Assembly (NCBI GenBank): GCA_019358935.1
Contig: JAHHIK010000052.1
Location: forward strand, 1-56,940
DNA: 56,940 bases
Origin: Tolypothrix carrinoi HA7290-LM1
GTDB taxonomy: Bacteria; Cyanobacteriota; Cyanobacteriia; Cyanobacteriales; Nostocaceae
Reading direction: 5' to 3'
The notes below the pieces were generated by a model. That model searched no databases. It worked only from the letters and a program-made list of their open reading frames with translations, and had not been told where the DNA came from. Shown here piece by piece: positions 31,265 through 39,225 of this stretch (the stretch's first letter is position 1; every line of letters begins with the position of its first letter). A program made the position numbers and the translations under genes.

Positions 31265-31627
31265 ATGTCACGTCCCAAACGCGGGTCTAAAGTACTTGAT
31301 AAAGCGCAGCGTCGGATTGCGGCTTTGAAATCGATCAGTCCCACCTTAGACTTAGGCAATGGAGTAACAATTGACTTTTTTGCAGCCGCTATCAAAACAA
31401 CGCAAGACAAGTTAGAAACATATAACTCAAGCCTCTCCACTGTGGATCAGACTCAGGAAGCCTTAGAACTTGCTGAAAAGTCGCTGATGGAACTAACAGA
31501 ACATACGTTAGTCAGTGTAGCTGCAAAGTATGGCAAGAATAGCGATGAGTACAAAATGGCAGGGGGTGTTCGTCGAAGCGATCGCAAGCGTCCGGTGCGT
31601 CAGCCTAAACAAGGGGCTGTTGCTTGA
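31265..31627 (+). CDS. Conserved hypothetical 120-aa helical protein
   Basis: Natural-looking ORF: KAQRRIAALKSI..LDLGNG..YN..KYGKNSDEYKMAGGVRRSDRKR; resembles a multicopy cyanobacterial family I recognise but cannot name. Confidence 0.8.
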   Translation: MSRPKRGSKVLDKAQRRIAALKSISPTLDLGNGVTIDFFAAAIKTTQDKLETYNSSLSTVDQTQEALELAEKSLMELTEHTLVSVAAKYGKNSDEYKMAGGVRRSDRKRPVRQPKQGAVA

Positions 31628-31720
31628 TAAAGACGTTATAGCGGTAGCCACAAAGTTTAGGACATATTAAATGGCTGAAACAACGTAATATCAATAATTG
31701 TCACTCAATACCACCAGTCC

Positions 31721-31903
31721 TTGAACAAGAGGCAAGGGAGCAGGGAGCAGGGAGCAGGGGAGATGGTTCAGATGGGGATTCGACCCCACCCTACCGTCCT
31801 CCACTTAATAGAAGTGGGGGATTCAGACCCATGTTCACCCTGCAATTCCACGGCAGGGGGAAGAGGTCATTTCCCCCTGCTAGAAAGCCCCCTTCCCCCT
31901 GCC
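31721..31903. repeat. GCAGGG-armed element with structured core homologous to the 141-bp repeat unit
   Basis: ATGGGGATTCGACCCCA and CCACTT-AATAG-AAGTGG hairpins between GGGAGCA and CCCCCTGC arms. Confidence 0.6.
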
Positions 31904-32068
31904 TCAGAGTTGATCAATCGGTCGTGCGTCCCGCAGATAGGACACATCTAAGTTTAAGGTCGTATTTTCGCCTAGCCGATAGGTAAAAGATGGCGCAAAG
32001 AAGAATCCGAAGTCTGCACGCGATCGCGAAAACTCCCTGCGTCCTCGTAGGCAATGTTCAAGCGATCG
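31904..32068 (-). pseudogene. Frameshifted internal fragment of a TonB-dependent siderophore receptor
   Basis: RLNIAYEDAGSFRDRVQT / FFFAPSFTYRLGENTTLNLDVSYLRDARPID, resembling FhuA-like barrel strands. Confidence 0.75.
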
Positions 32069-32232
32069 CTTTCTTCTGGGTGAAGGTACTGGCATTGCGA
32101 CCATTATTAAGTTTGACGAAAGCGATCGCATCACTTTAACTGGTAATTTAACCTTCAGACTTGCTGGCAACTCTGAAATATACGCAGTCTAACACGATTA
32201 CGAGCGCCATCTTCGCGTAGTCATAGTAGGGG
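32062..32232 (+). pseudogene. Orphan diverged copy of the phytase gene 3' end (25331-25582) with an internal deletion
   Basis: Direct alignment including stop codon and downstream TCATA..GTAGGGG; starts at HIP1. Confidence 0.85.
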
Positions 32233-32455
32233 TGGGGTTTCCCCACCCAAAATCTGACAATCACAAATTGAATCGGTATTTACAGCAATTTTCATGTATT
32301 TAGACCACACTCTTGTTTCTTTATTTCTTCCTTTGCGACGGCAGTTGCGCATCTGCCGGGAGACCCGGACGCCAGACGCCTCAAGTCGGCTTTGGGTTTG
32401 ACTTAACTGGTTCTCCTGGATATCGCGTTGAATTGTTAGCAGGGGATGAAGCAAT

Positions 32456-32710
32456 AGTGGTGCAGGTTTAGATACTATTTTCTTGGGTGGAAAAGCTACG
32501 GTAACGCTAGAAAAAGGTGAAGGTTACGACACCATCAAGAACTTTGAATTAGGCTCAAGTAGATTTATGATAGGTAGCCTGCTGAATGATTTGAGCTTTG
32601 CTGACAGTGCAGGTGGTGTGCGTATTTTTGCTGGTAATGACTTGCTTGCGGTTGTATCTAATCAGTCTGCGAGTACTTTTAGCAGTAACGTAGGTAAAAT
32701 TTTTGCCTAA
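32456..32710 (+). pseudogene. Orphan C-terminal tail of another RTX-type secreted protein
   Basis: GAGLDTIFLG..LEKGEGYDTIKNF..DLSF..IFAGNDLLAVV resembles the tails of the two phosphatases; no upstream body. Confidence 0.6.
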
Positions 32711-32832
32711 CTTAACTCTTTTGTAGAAGTTTAAAAGCACTCGTGCGATCGCTTCTGGTTGTTTTTTGATTTTCTTTAGTCGGTAACCAAACAGGGATTT
32801 TTGATTTGCTGCTTTTCTCAAATCCCAAAAAT

Positions 32833-33255
32833 CTTGAAGAAAGGCAGAGGGCAGGAGGCAGCTATGCTGAAGGAGCAATCGGATGGGGATTCAAACCCCA
32901 ACCGATTGAATCCACCGTGTAGACGGTGGGGTTTTATACCCAGTTGGCTCCAGCCAGAAGGCTGAATCAAAGACTTGAAGAAAGGCAGAGGGCAGGAGGC
33001 AGCTATGCTGAAGGAGCAATCGGATGGGGATTCAAACCCCAACCGATTGAATCCACCGTGTAGACGGTGGGGTTTTATACCCAGTTGGCTCCAGCCAGAA
33101 GGCTGAATCAAAGACTTGAAGAAAGGCAGAGGGCAGGAGGCAGCTATGCTGAAGGAGCAATCGGATGGGGATTCAAACCCCAACCGATTGAATCCACCGT
33201 GTAGACGGTGGGGTTTTATACCCAGTTGGCTCCAGCCAGAAGGCTGAATCAAAGA
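32833..33255. repeat. Three apparently identical 141-bp tandem copies of a structured element (left arm + core), single right arm at ~33267-33299
   Basis: Units start at 32833, 32974, 33115. Confidence 0.92.
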
Positions 33256-33460
33256 CATAATTTATACCTTCTGCCCTCTGCCCTCTGCCTTCTGCCTTCC
33301 GCCGAAGGCGGATAAACCGTGATGTTAGGCAAATCAAGCTAAATTTCCAATCCAGGCTGAAATCGCAATTGGCAACACACATTTGAGCAATGCCTACCCA
33401 CCTTTATTGAGAAGGTGCAAGATGTGTGTTGACAAAAACGATTTCCATCAAGTAGATTTT

Positions 33461-33694
33461 CTACGTTGTTTGATTTGTTGACAACCAGTTAAGTAAATCC
33501 TCAATGGCTGTAAAATCCAACAAAGCCTCACCAAGTGCTTCTAATTGCTCTAGGGAAAGAGTTTGAATGTGCTCTCGGACATCTTGTGGTAACTCTCCTA
33601 CCCGTCTTTGTAGTAGCCGTAGCACGAGTGTTTGCTCACCTTCCTGTTTTCCTCGCTCGTAGCCAATGCGCTCGCCTGTGGTAATGTAGCTCAT
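33461..33694 (-). CDS. Putative intragenic small antitoxin (RpnS-like, 77 aa, DUF4351)
   Basis: In-frame ATG at 33694 preceded by AGGAG 6 nt upstream (GAGCAGGAGCGGACTATG). Confidence 0.55.
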   Translation of the reverse strand: MSYITTGERIGYERGKQEGEQTLVLRLLQRRVGELPQDVREHIQTLSLEQLEALGEALLDFTAIEDLLNWLSTNQTT

Positions 33695-34414
33695 AGTCCG
33701 CTCCTGCTCAAACTGCTTAAACTCTTGCCAAAATTCTGCTTCCAAAGCTTTTGGTAAAATCATAACCCAATCAATAAATCGGTAAAGGTTACGAATATCT
33801 TTTTCTTGCAAGCCTAATTCATACAATCGGCGAATCAAGCTAAATTTCCAAGTTTTACGTTCTCCTAGCTTTTTACTCGTCTCTTGCGTCTTTAAATGTG
33901 CCATTACCACTGTTGCAAAAGGATTATCGCTGGCTTCTAATTCTGTCCAACGATTTTGATAATCCAGCAGCTTGACGGTTCCAAATTCAAAGTTAAGCCT
34001 GGTATCGGGGTAATTATAACTATATTGGTTTGGTCGCCATGTCGGGTCTGTATCGCACAAAATCGCCAAACTAATGGCTCCTTTAGCAAATCTGTCAAAA
34101 ATTCGCAGGTTGTAAGAAAACATTCTTTGTGCAAAGGTGTCTTCTGATTTTGCCTGGATTTCTACATGGATTAATAGCCAAATTTCTTGTCCTTGAAGAA
34201 GCCAAACTTTAACAAGTTTATCTGCATATCTCCTACCTTGTTCTGCTTCGCGGGCGATTTGCTGAAATTCCTTATCGAGAAATTCGTACTGGAGTTCCCA
34301 ATTAATTAATTCTGCTGTTTGGGGGAAGAAAAATTGCATGGCTTGGGGAAAGTAAGCTGATAAAATTTCTTTCCACGGGCTATCATTATCTGCTCTTTCT
34401 AATTCCTCGTTCAT
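33461..34414 (-). CDS. Rpn-like PD-(D/E)XK protein with C-terminal DUF4351
   Basis: DSPWKE, FLDKEF, YADKLVKV, LIHVEIQ; C-terminal LSLEQLEALGEALLDF. Confidence 0.88.
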   Translation of the reverse strand: MNEELERADNDSPWKEILSAYFPQAMQFFFPQTAELINWELQYEFLDKEFQQIAREAEQGRRYADKLVKVWLLQGQEIWLLIHVEIQAKSEDTFAQRMFSYNLRIFDRFAKGAISLAILCDTDPTWRPNQYSYNYPDTRLNFEFGTVKLLDYQNRWTELEASDNPFATVVMAHLKTQETSKKLGERKTWKFSLIRRLYELGLQEKDIRNLYRFIDWVMILPKALEAEFWQEFKQFEQERTMSYITTGERIGYERGKQEGEQTLVLRLLQRRVGELPQDVREHIQTLSLEQLEALGEALLDFTAIEDLLNWLSTNQTT

Positions 34415-34525
34415 CAGTTGATTGGTAGATGGTATACCTTTTGCATTGCTAATAAGACTTTATTTAAGCAGAATTTGCTCCCCTTAAAACTCGTGAATTA
34501 TTAATAAAAAATTTGGCATTAATGA

Positions 34526-34554
34526 TTGACAAGTATAATTTTATACTATAAAAT
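34526..34554 (+). promoter_or_regulatory. Sigma70-type promoter with palindromic spacer
   Basis: TTGACA-N17-TAAAAT; spacer contains AGTATAATTTTATACT. Confidence 0.7.
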
Positions 34555-34634
34555 AATAAATATAGGAAAGGCGATCGCCCTCCGGCAAGAGTTTGCGATC
34601 GCCTTCCTGAACCCCCACTTAGGGAAACAATACA

Positions 34635-34928
34635 ATGATGACACAATTACAAAACTACGTAATACAACAAGCTCAATCAGATTTAGAACAGTACTTGCGC
34701 GGCGAAGGCTCAAAGACACTCACCCCCAATCAATCTGCCCAAAACCTATCTCCCACAAGAGAACCGATTAAGCATTTACTGATTGGTTCGCCCAAAGCCG
34801 TTACGAGTACGATTCACTACTTGCAGGCGATCGGTTATGCAAACGTTGGAGTATGGAGTCCACTGTTACCAACCGGCAATCCAGGTGAGGTGATGAGTAT
34901 TTTAATCCGTCAGATTTTGATGCAATAA
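34635..34928 (+). CDS. Conserved small cyanobacterial hypothetical protein
   Basis: REPIKHLLIGSPKAV..TIHYL..GYA..WSPLLP..PGEVMSIL motif; has its own promoter and a downstream hairpin. Confidence 0.8.
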   Translation: MMTQLQNYVIQQAQSDLEQYLRGEGSKTLTPNQSAQNLSPTREPIKHLLIGSPKAVTSTIHYLQAIGYANVGVWSPLLPTGNPGEVMSILIRQILMQ

Positions 34929-34942
34929 CCGAGCCATAACTT

Positions 34943-34969
34943 TCGCCCCCAGTGAGTTGGGGGCGATTT
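34943..34969 (+). terminator. Probable intrinsic terminator
   Basis: TCGCCCCCA-GTGAGT-TGGGGGCGA followed by TTTCTT. Confidence 0.6.
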
Positions 34970-35134
34970 CTTGGGTAGTTACTAGGGGCGTAAGTGATGG
35001 AAAATCTAAATTTAGACCCAGGAAATTTAGAGGAAAATTAGAGCGATCGCCCTTGCGTTATCGAGCGCGATCGGTTTCACAGTTATCAGTTAAAGACCGT
35101 TTATAAAGCGATCGCTTGGGTTGAGTGATTATCT

Positions 35135-35908
35135 TTAAGCTTGATTTTCTGCATCAAATATTTGTGATACTTTGAAATTTAGTTGACCCAATTGTGGAGA
35201 TACAACTAAATTACTACCAGCAAAGTTACCTATCTCAGTGTAAGTTTTGTCAGTAAGTTCTAAAATTAATATAGTTTTAGTTTCGGGGTCGATAATCCAA
35301 TATTCAGGAATACCACAATCTTGATACTGCGATCGCTTGGCGATGAAATCTCTATCTCGTTGCAATTCTCCTGGACTAACCCTTACGGATTCGTCAGTTG
35401 CTTCAACGCGGCGGCAGTCGCTACAACGGGGGGAACCCCACGCCAGTCGCCTCAAGTCAAGCCACTGCGTTGGGCGGCTCTGCCGACTTGAAGCATGTGG
35501 CGCGGGAAACCCGCCCACGGCGCTGGCTCCGCAACGCGCTGCCTTGGGAACCCGCGCAACGCACTGACTCACCACTTCAATCACCAGTAGAGGAGGTAGC
35601 ATCTCTAAGCGAATAGTATTACGTTTTGCTAACTGCTGAATATGCTCTTGGCGAATAATTGTCAAGTCAGGATAACGGTTTCTGGGTTCTCCTCTGACTT
35701 CCAGTTCTAAACCATGTCCTCGAACTCGATCAATCCCTACAATCATCGCAAAAATGAGGAAAAGACGATTTGCAATCTGAACATTAGTTCCTGATTCTGG
35801 AGGCATCTCGATTAACTCTCCATTAAACAACTCATAGAGTTTATCTGAGCCATCATCATAAGATAGGTATTCTTCAAAGCTTTGAAATCTATGTTTAATT
35901 TGTACCAT
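35135..35908 (-). CDS. Uma2-family endonuclease with a 64-aa in-frame repeat insertion (possibly inactivated)
   Basis: YELFNGELIEMPPES, RYPDL, LVIEVVS|PG, GIPEYWIIDP; insertion 35375-35566. Confidence 0.85.
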   Translation of the reverse strand: MVQIKHRFQSFEEYLSYDDGSDKLYELFNGELIEMPPESGTNVQIANRLFLIFAMIVGIDRVRGHGLELEVRGEPRNRYPDLTIIRQEHIQQLAKRNTIRLEMLPPLLVIEVVSQCVARVPKAARCGASAVGGFPAPHASSRQSRPTQWLDLRRLAWGSPRCSDCRRVEATDESVRVSPGELQRDRDFIAKRSQYQDCGIPEYWIIDPETKTILILELTDKTYTEIGNFAGSNLVVSPQLGQLNFKVSQIFDAENQA

Positions 35909-36019
35909 CAGGGTTGCTCCATGATGAGTCTCAATGCAAGTTTAGCTTAATTCACCGAACTGTGTACACCGACGCTCCAAGCCGGAGAGGGACAGACTTT
36001 AAATCTTGTTGAAAACCGA

Positions 36020-36199
36020 TTATTTTCTTAGTGCTGCCAGTTGGTAAGCTTTGGGATTCACACCAAATTTCTTGCGAAAGGCGGCGTTAAAAGTAGGACT
36101 GGCATAGCCAACTGCTGCTACCCCTGCAACTGTCATGTTTGGTTCTAAAAGTAGCTGCTGTGCCTTTTGCATTTGGTAACCTTTGCAAATAACCAAACG
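36020..36199 (-). pseudogene. AraC-family regulator C-terminal HTH remnant
   Basis: Manual translation YQMQKAQQLLLEPNMTVAGVAAVGYASPTFNAAFRKKFGVNPKAYQLAALRK*; truncated at HIP1 36200. Confidence 0.8.
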
Positions 36200-36372
36200 G
36201 CGATCGCATCACTTTAACTGGTAATTTAACCTTCATCAATTTGAACATCAGCCAAAACGGTAACGATATCTTCATCAGTGCGGGTGCAGATTTGCTAGCA
36301 ACTCTGAAATATACGCAATCTAGCACGATTACAAACGCTATCTTCGCTTAGTCATAAAAGTAGGGGAATGGT
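36200..36372 (+). pseudogene. Second orphan copy of the phytase gene 3' end
   Basis: Aligns to ~25417-25587 including stop and TCATAAAAGTAGGGG; starts at HIP1. Confidence 0.85.
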
Positions 36373-36440
36373 TGTCATTTCCCTGCTTTAATTACATAAG
36401 CAATAATATCTGTAAAGTTGTTTTTCCGTGCAAATTTATA

Positions 36441-37832
36441 TTAGTCTTGCATTCCTGTGTATAACAGCCTTACAAATAAGCGGACACCATCATCTGCTTT
36501 CAAGGTTGAATAAGACGGAGCTTCTCGGTTGCCGATCGCACGCAAGTCTGATAACAATTCTGGATGAAACTGGCAAGTAAAAGAACGTCGAATTTTTTTA
36601 GTTTCAAAGTCTTTGTAATTAATACAGGTAGCTGAACATTCTGTGACTATTTCACCATCAATTGCTGTTGAACATAAAATTTCTACAGAGTCAGGCAGTT
36701 GTATCAGCCATGCCAAAGGACTTCCAGCTATAATGTGTCGATAAGGAACAAGAGCATCATGAATACTGCGGTAAGCCCAGTTAGCAAACAGTATCGCCTC
36801 TTCGTTAACTTCATCGGAGTGAAACATCGAAATTGATACTTCACGCTCATATTGAATTGTGGTATCAATTACACCTTCATGAGTGTCAGCAGTTACATCA
36901 TGAGCATGAATAAATTCCCAAGGAATACCTGAAACTTCACCGTCGAGGGACTGGTAAGGTAACAACACGCGATCGCCAACTTCTTTTGATTCGTTGTGCG
37001 TCACTGCAAAATGCTCATCATTCCAACCAGAAGCAACTACACGTCCATCATGCTTTTTGACTTGAAGTGTTTTGCCCATCGCTTGGATGCGTTCTGCAAC
37101 TTCTTGCAGTGATTTGAGCGCTTTATTGTCTTTGTCACGTTCATTAGATGTTGTGTCTAAAACTTCTTTAACTGCTCGTCGAATCAGTCGGATATGACAT
37201 TCAGCAGCTAGCTGATGTCCTACACAAATGAAGATAGCAGGAGCGCTATTAGGCGATCGCGAGATGAGTAATTTTTCCACTAATGCAAACATATCTTCTC
37301 GCGGGCAAGCCGGACTTGTCCAAGTCGATGTATCATACACTGATGGGTTGCCTCCTTCCACTACCACTGCATAAGCCGAGGTAATTGCCGGAACAACTAA
37401 TTCTGGATCGATAATTCCACAAGACCAAGCAGGAAACAATATTGAGTCCATATCGGCGACTTTTTGACCAATGTAGGCTACGTTTTTGGAAGCTCTAACT
37501 TCTTCACCAAGAGCGTTAACGCCTACGTGTTCCCACGGTTCGATAATAATTATAGAATTGCGTAACAAATTGGGATGCAACAGCAGAAACTCAAAATCTG
37601 ACCGTGAATTAATCACTTTTTCTAATGGCTTTCCGTGTCCCCACTCAAAACTATCCTCAGGAGCAAAAAGTTCTTTTTCAGATAGTGGATCAACAGAGGT
37701 TCTGTCTGCTAAGAAACGACCTAACAAAATATGTACTGATTCAAAATCTACATAGCCTTGATGCAAGTAACCAGGAGTTAATCGCCAAGAATCTGGGGTA
37801 GTTTGATGGTGAGATTTGGTAGATTCAGTCAT
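36441..37832 (-). CDS. Hypothetical protein with class I glutamine amidotransferase-like catalytic motifs
   Basis: IFICVGHQL (Cys elbow), FHSDEV, CQFHPEL (His-Pro-Glu). Confidence 0.7.
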   Translation of the reverse strand: MTESTKSHHQTTPDSWRLTPGYLHQGYVDFESVHILLGRFLADRTSVDPLSEKELFAPEDSFEWGHGKPLEKVINSRSDFEFLLLHPNLLRNSIIIIEPWEHVGVNALGEEVRASKNVAYIGQKVADMDSILFPAWSCGIIDPELVVPAITSAYAVVVEGGNPSVYDTSTWTSPACPREDMFALVEKLLISRSPNSAPAIFICVGHQLAAECHIRLIRRAVKEVLDTTSNERDKDNKALKSLQEVAERIQAMGKTLQVKKHDGRVVASGWNDEHFAVTHNESKEVGDRVLLPYQSLDGEVSGIPWEFIHAHDVTADTHEGVIDTTIQYEREVSISMFHSDEVNEEAILFANWAYRSIHDALVPYRHIIAGSPLAWLIQLPDSVEILCSTAIDGEIVTECSATCINYKDFETKKIRRSFTCQFHPELLSDLRAIGNREAPSYSTLKADDGVRLFVRLLYTGMQD

Positions 37833-38275
37833 AGTTGGAATAAATGCTTGTTAATAAGCGTGTGTGTTCAGTAGGTACCGCGTTCTATCTTACCAGATAG
37901 GCGATCGCCTACAAATAACATGCCCTCACACCCCTGGCTTTCTGATAAAAATAGGGGTGTGTGACTAAAAGTGTCAGAGCAAGCGATCGCACATACTGAA
38001 ATTTGTTTGTGAGTATCCAACCTAGTGGATGTGCAAAGAACCGAAAGAAAATTGTGGAGATTCCTGAATTATATGATGTCCGGCAAATACCCATAATCTA
38101 AATATGGGTGCATTTATTGATGCGATCGCACCGCTGTATTTTGATTTTCTTTACAAACAGCCTCTAAAACGATTTTTTATGATTCTTTTTGTAGTTATCG
38201 CAGTTTTGTGCAAAATTAACCAATTTATAACCTTTTCTTGACCTTTAATCGGTACGTTATTACTTAAGGTAATAA

Positions 38276-39055
38276 ATGACAGCGGCAAACCCGATAAAAA
38301 CTGATATGACTGCAATAAATTTGCAAGTTAGCGATGTTTGGCAACAAGCCGCTACACATATAAGTAAAATTACATCTGGGGAAATTATCTCTTTACTCAA
38401 GCAGTATGGTATAATGCCGCAGTTGATGCGAGAGGTTTTGATTGATTGTGCGATCGCCGATATTACTCTGACAACCGAAGAAACCTTTAAAGCATGTCAA
38501 CAGTTTTATCAGCAACATCAACTCAAATCGGATGCTGACTTAGAAACATGGCTTGTATCTCGTGGGTTATCTCGCGAACAACTTGACCATATCATCACCC
38601 GCAACACCAAACTGGAATACTTTAAACAAGGTAATTGGGAAAATAAACTAGAGTCTTATTTTCTGCAACGCAAAGCAAAGCTAGATCGGGTAATCTATTC
38701 ATTAATTCGAGTCAAAGATATCGGTATTGCTCAAGAGCTTTACTTCCGCATTCAAGAAAAAGAACAGTCATTTAGTGAACTTGCAAGTAAATATTCTTTA
38801 GGTTCCGAAGCAGAAACAGGGGGTTTACTCGGTCCGATGGAATTGTCAACTCCCCATCCAGATTTAGCAAAGATGCTCACAGCAAGTCAACCCGGTAAGC
38901 TTTTACCACCAACTCGCTTAGGAGAGTGGATCGTCATTGTCAGATTAGAAAAGTTTATCAAGGCTCAGTTAAATGAGTCAATGCGTCAGCGACTATTAAA
39001 TGAATTATTTGAAAATTGGATACAAACACAGTATAAACAGCTGATTGCTCAATAA
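38276..39055 (+). CDS. Parvulin-like peptidylprolyl isomerase associated with T1SS
   Basis: FSELASKYS.GSEAETGGLLGP; typical position before hlyB. Confidence 0.88.
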   Translation: MTAANPIKTDMTAINLQVSDVWQQAATHISKITSGEIISLLKQYGIMPQLMREVLIDCAIADITLTTEETFKACQQFYQQHQLKSDADLETWLVSRGLSREQLDHIITRNTKLEYFKQGNWENKLESYFLQRKAKLDRVIYSLIRVKDIGIAQELYFRIQEKEQSFSELASKYSLGSEAETGGLLGPMELSTPHPDLAKMLTASQPGKLLPPTRLGEWIVIVRLEKFIKAQLNESMRQRLLNELFENWIQTQYKQLIAQ

Positions 39056-39225
39056 ATAATAACTTTGAATTCTTATATAACTTAACTAAAAACTCTTTTT
39101 AACCTCTTTCCTTCGTGTTCTTCGTGCCTAGCCTGCGGCTTCTGCGAAGCAGTACGCGGTTCGTTTTTCCATAACCAGTGCGTAAATCCTATCTTAATTT
39201 TAATTACCCTAAAAACGTTGACTTG

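Noticed and set aside
32818..33258. 146-aa three-repeat ORF or CRISPR-like array
   Set aside because: Translation of a triplicated non-coding element; no spacers
34532..34547. LexA box
   Set aside because: AGTAT-N6-ATACT spacing does not fit the cyanobacterial RGTAC-N4-GTWC pattern
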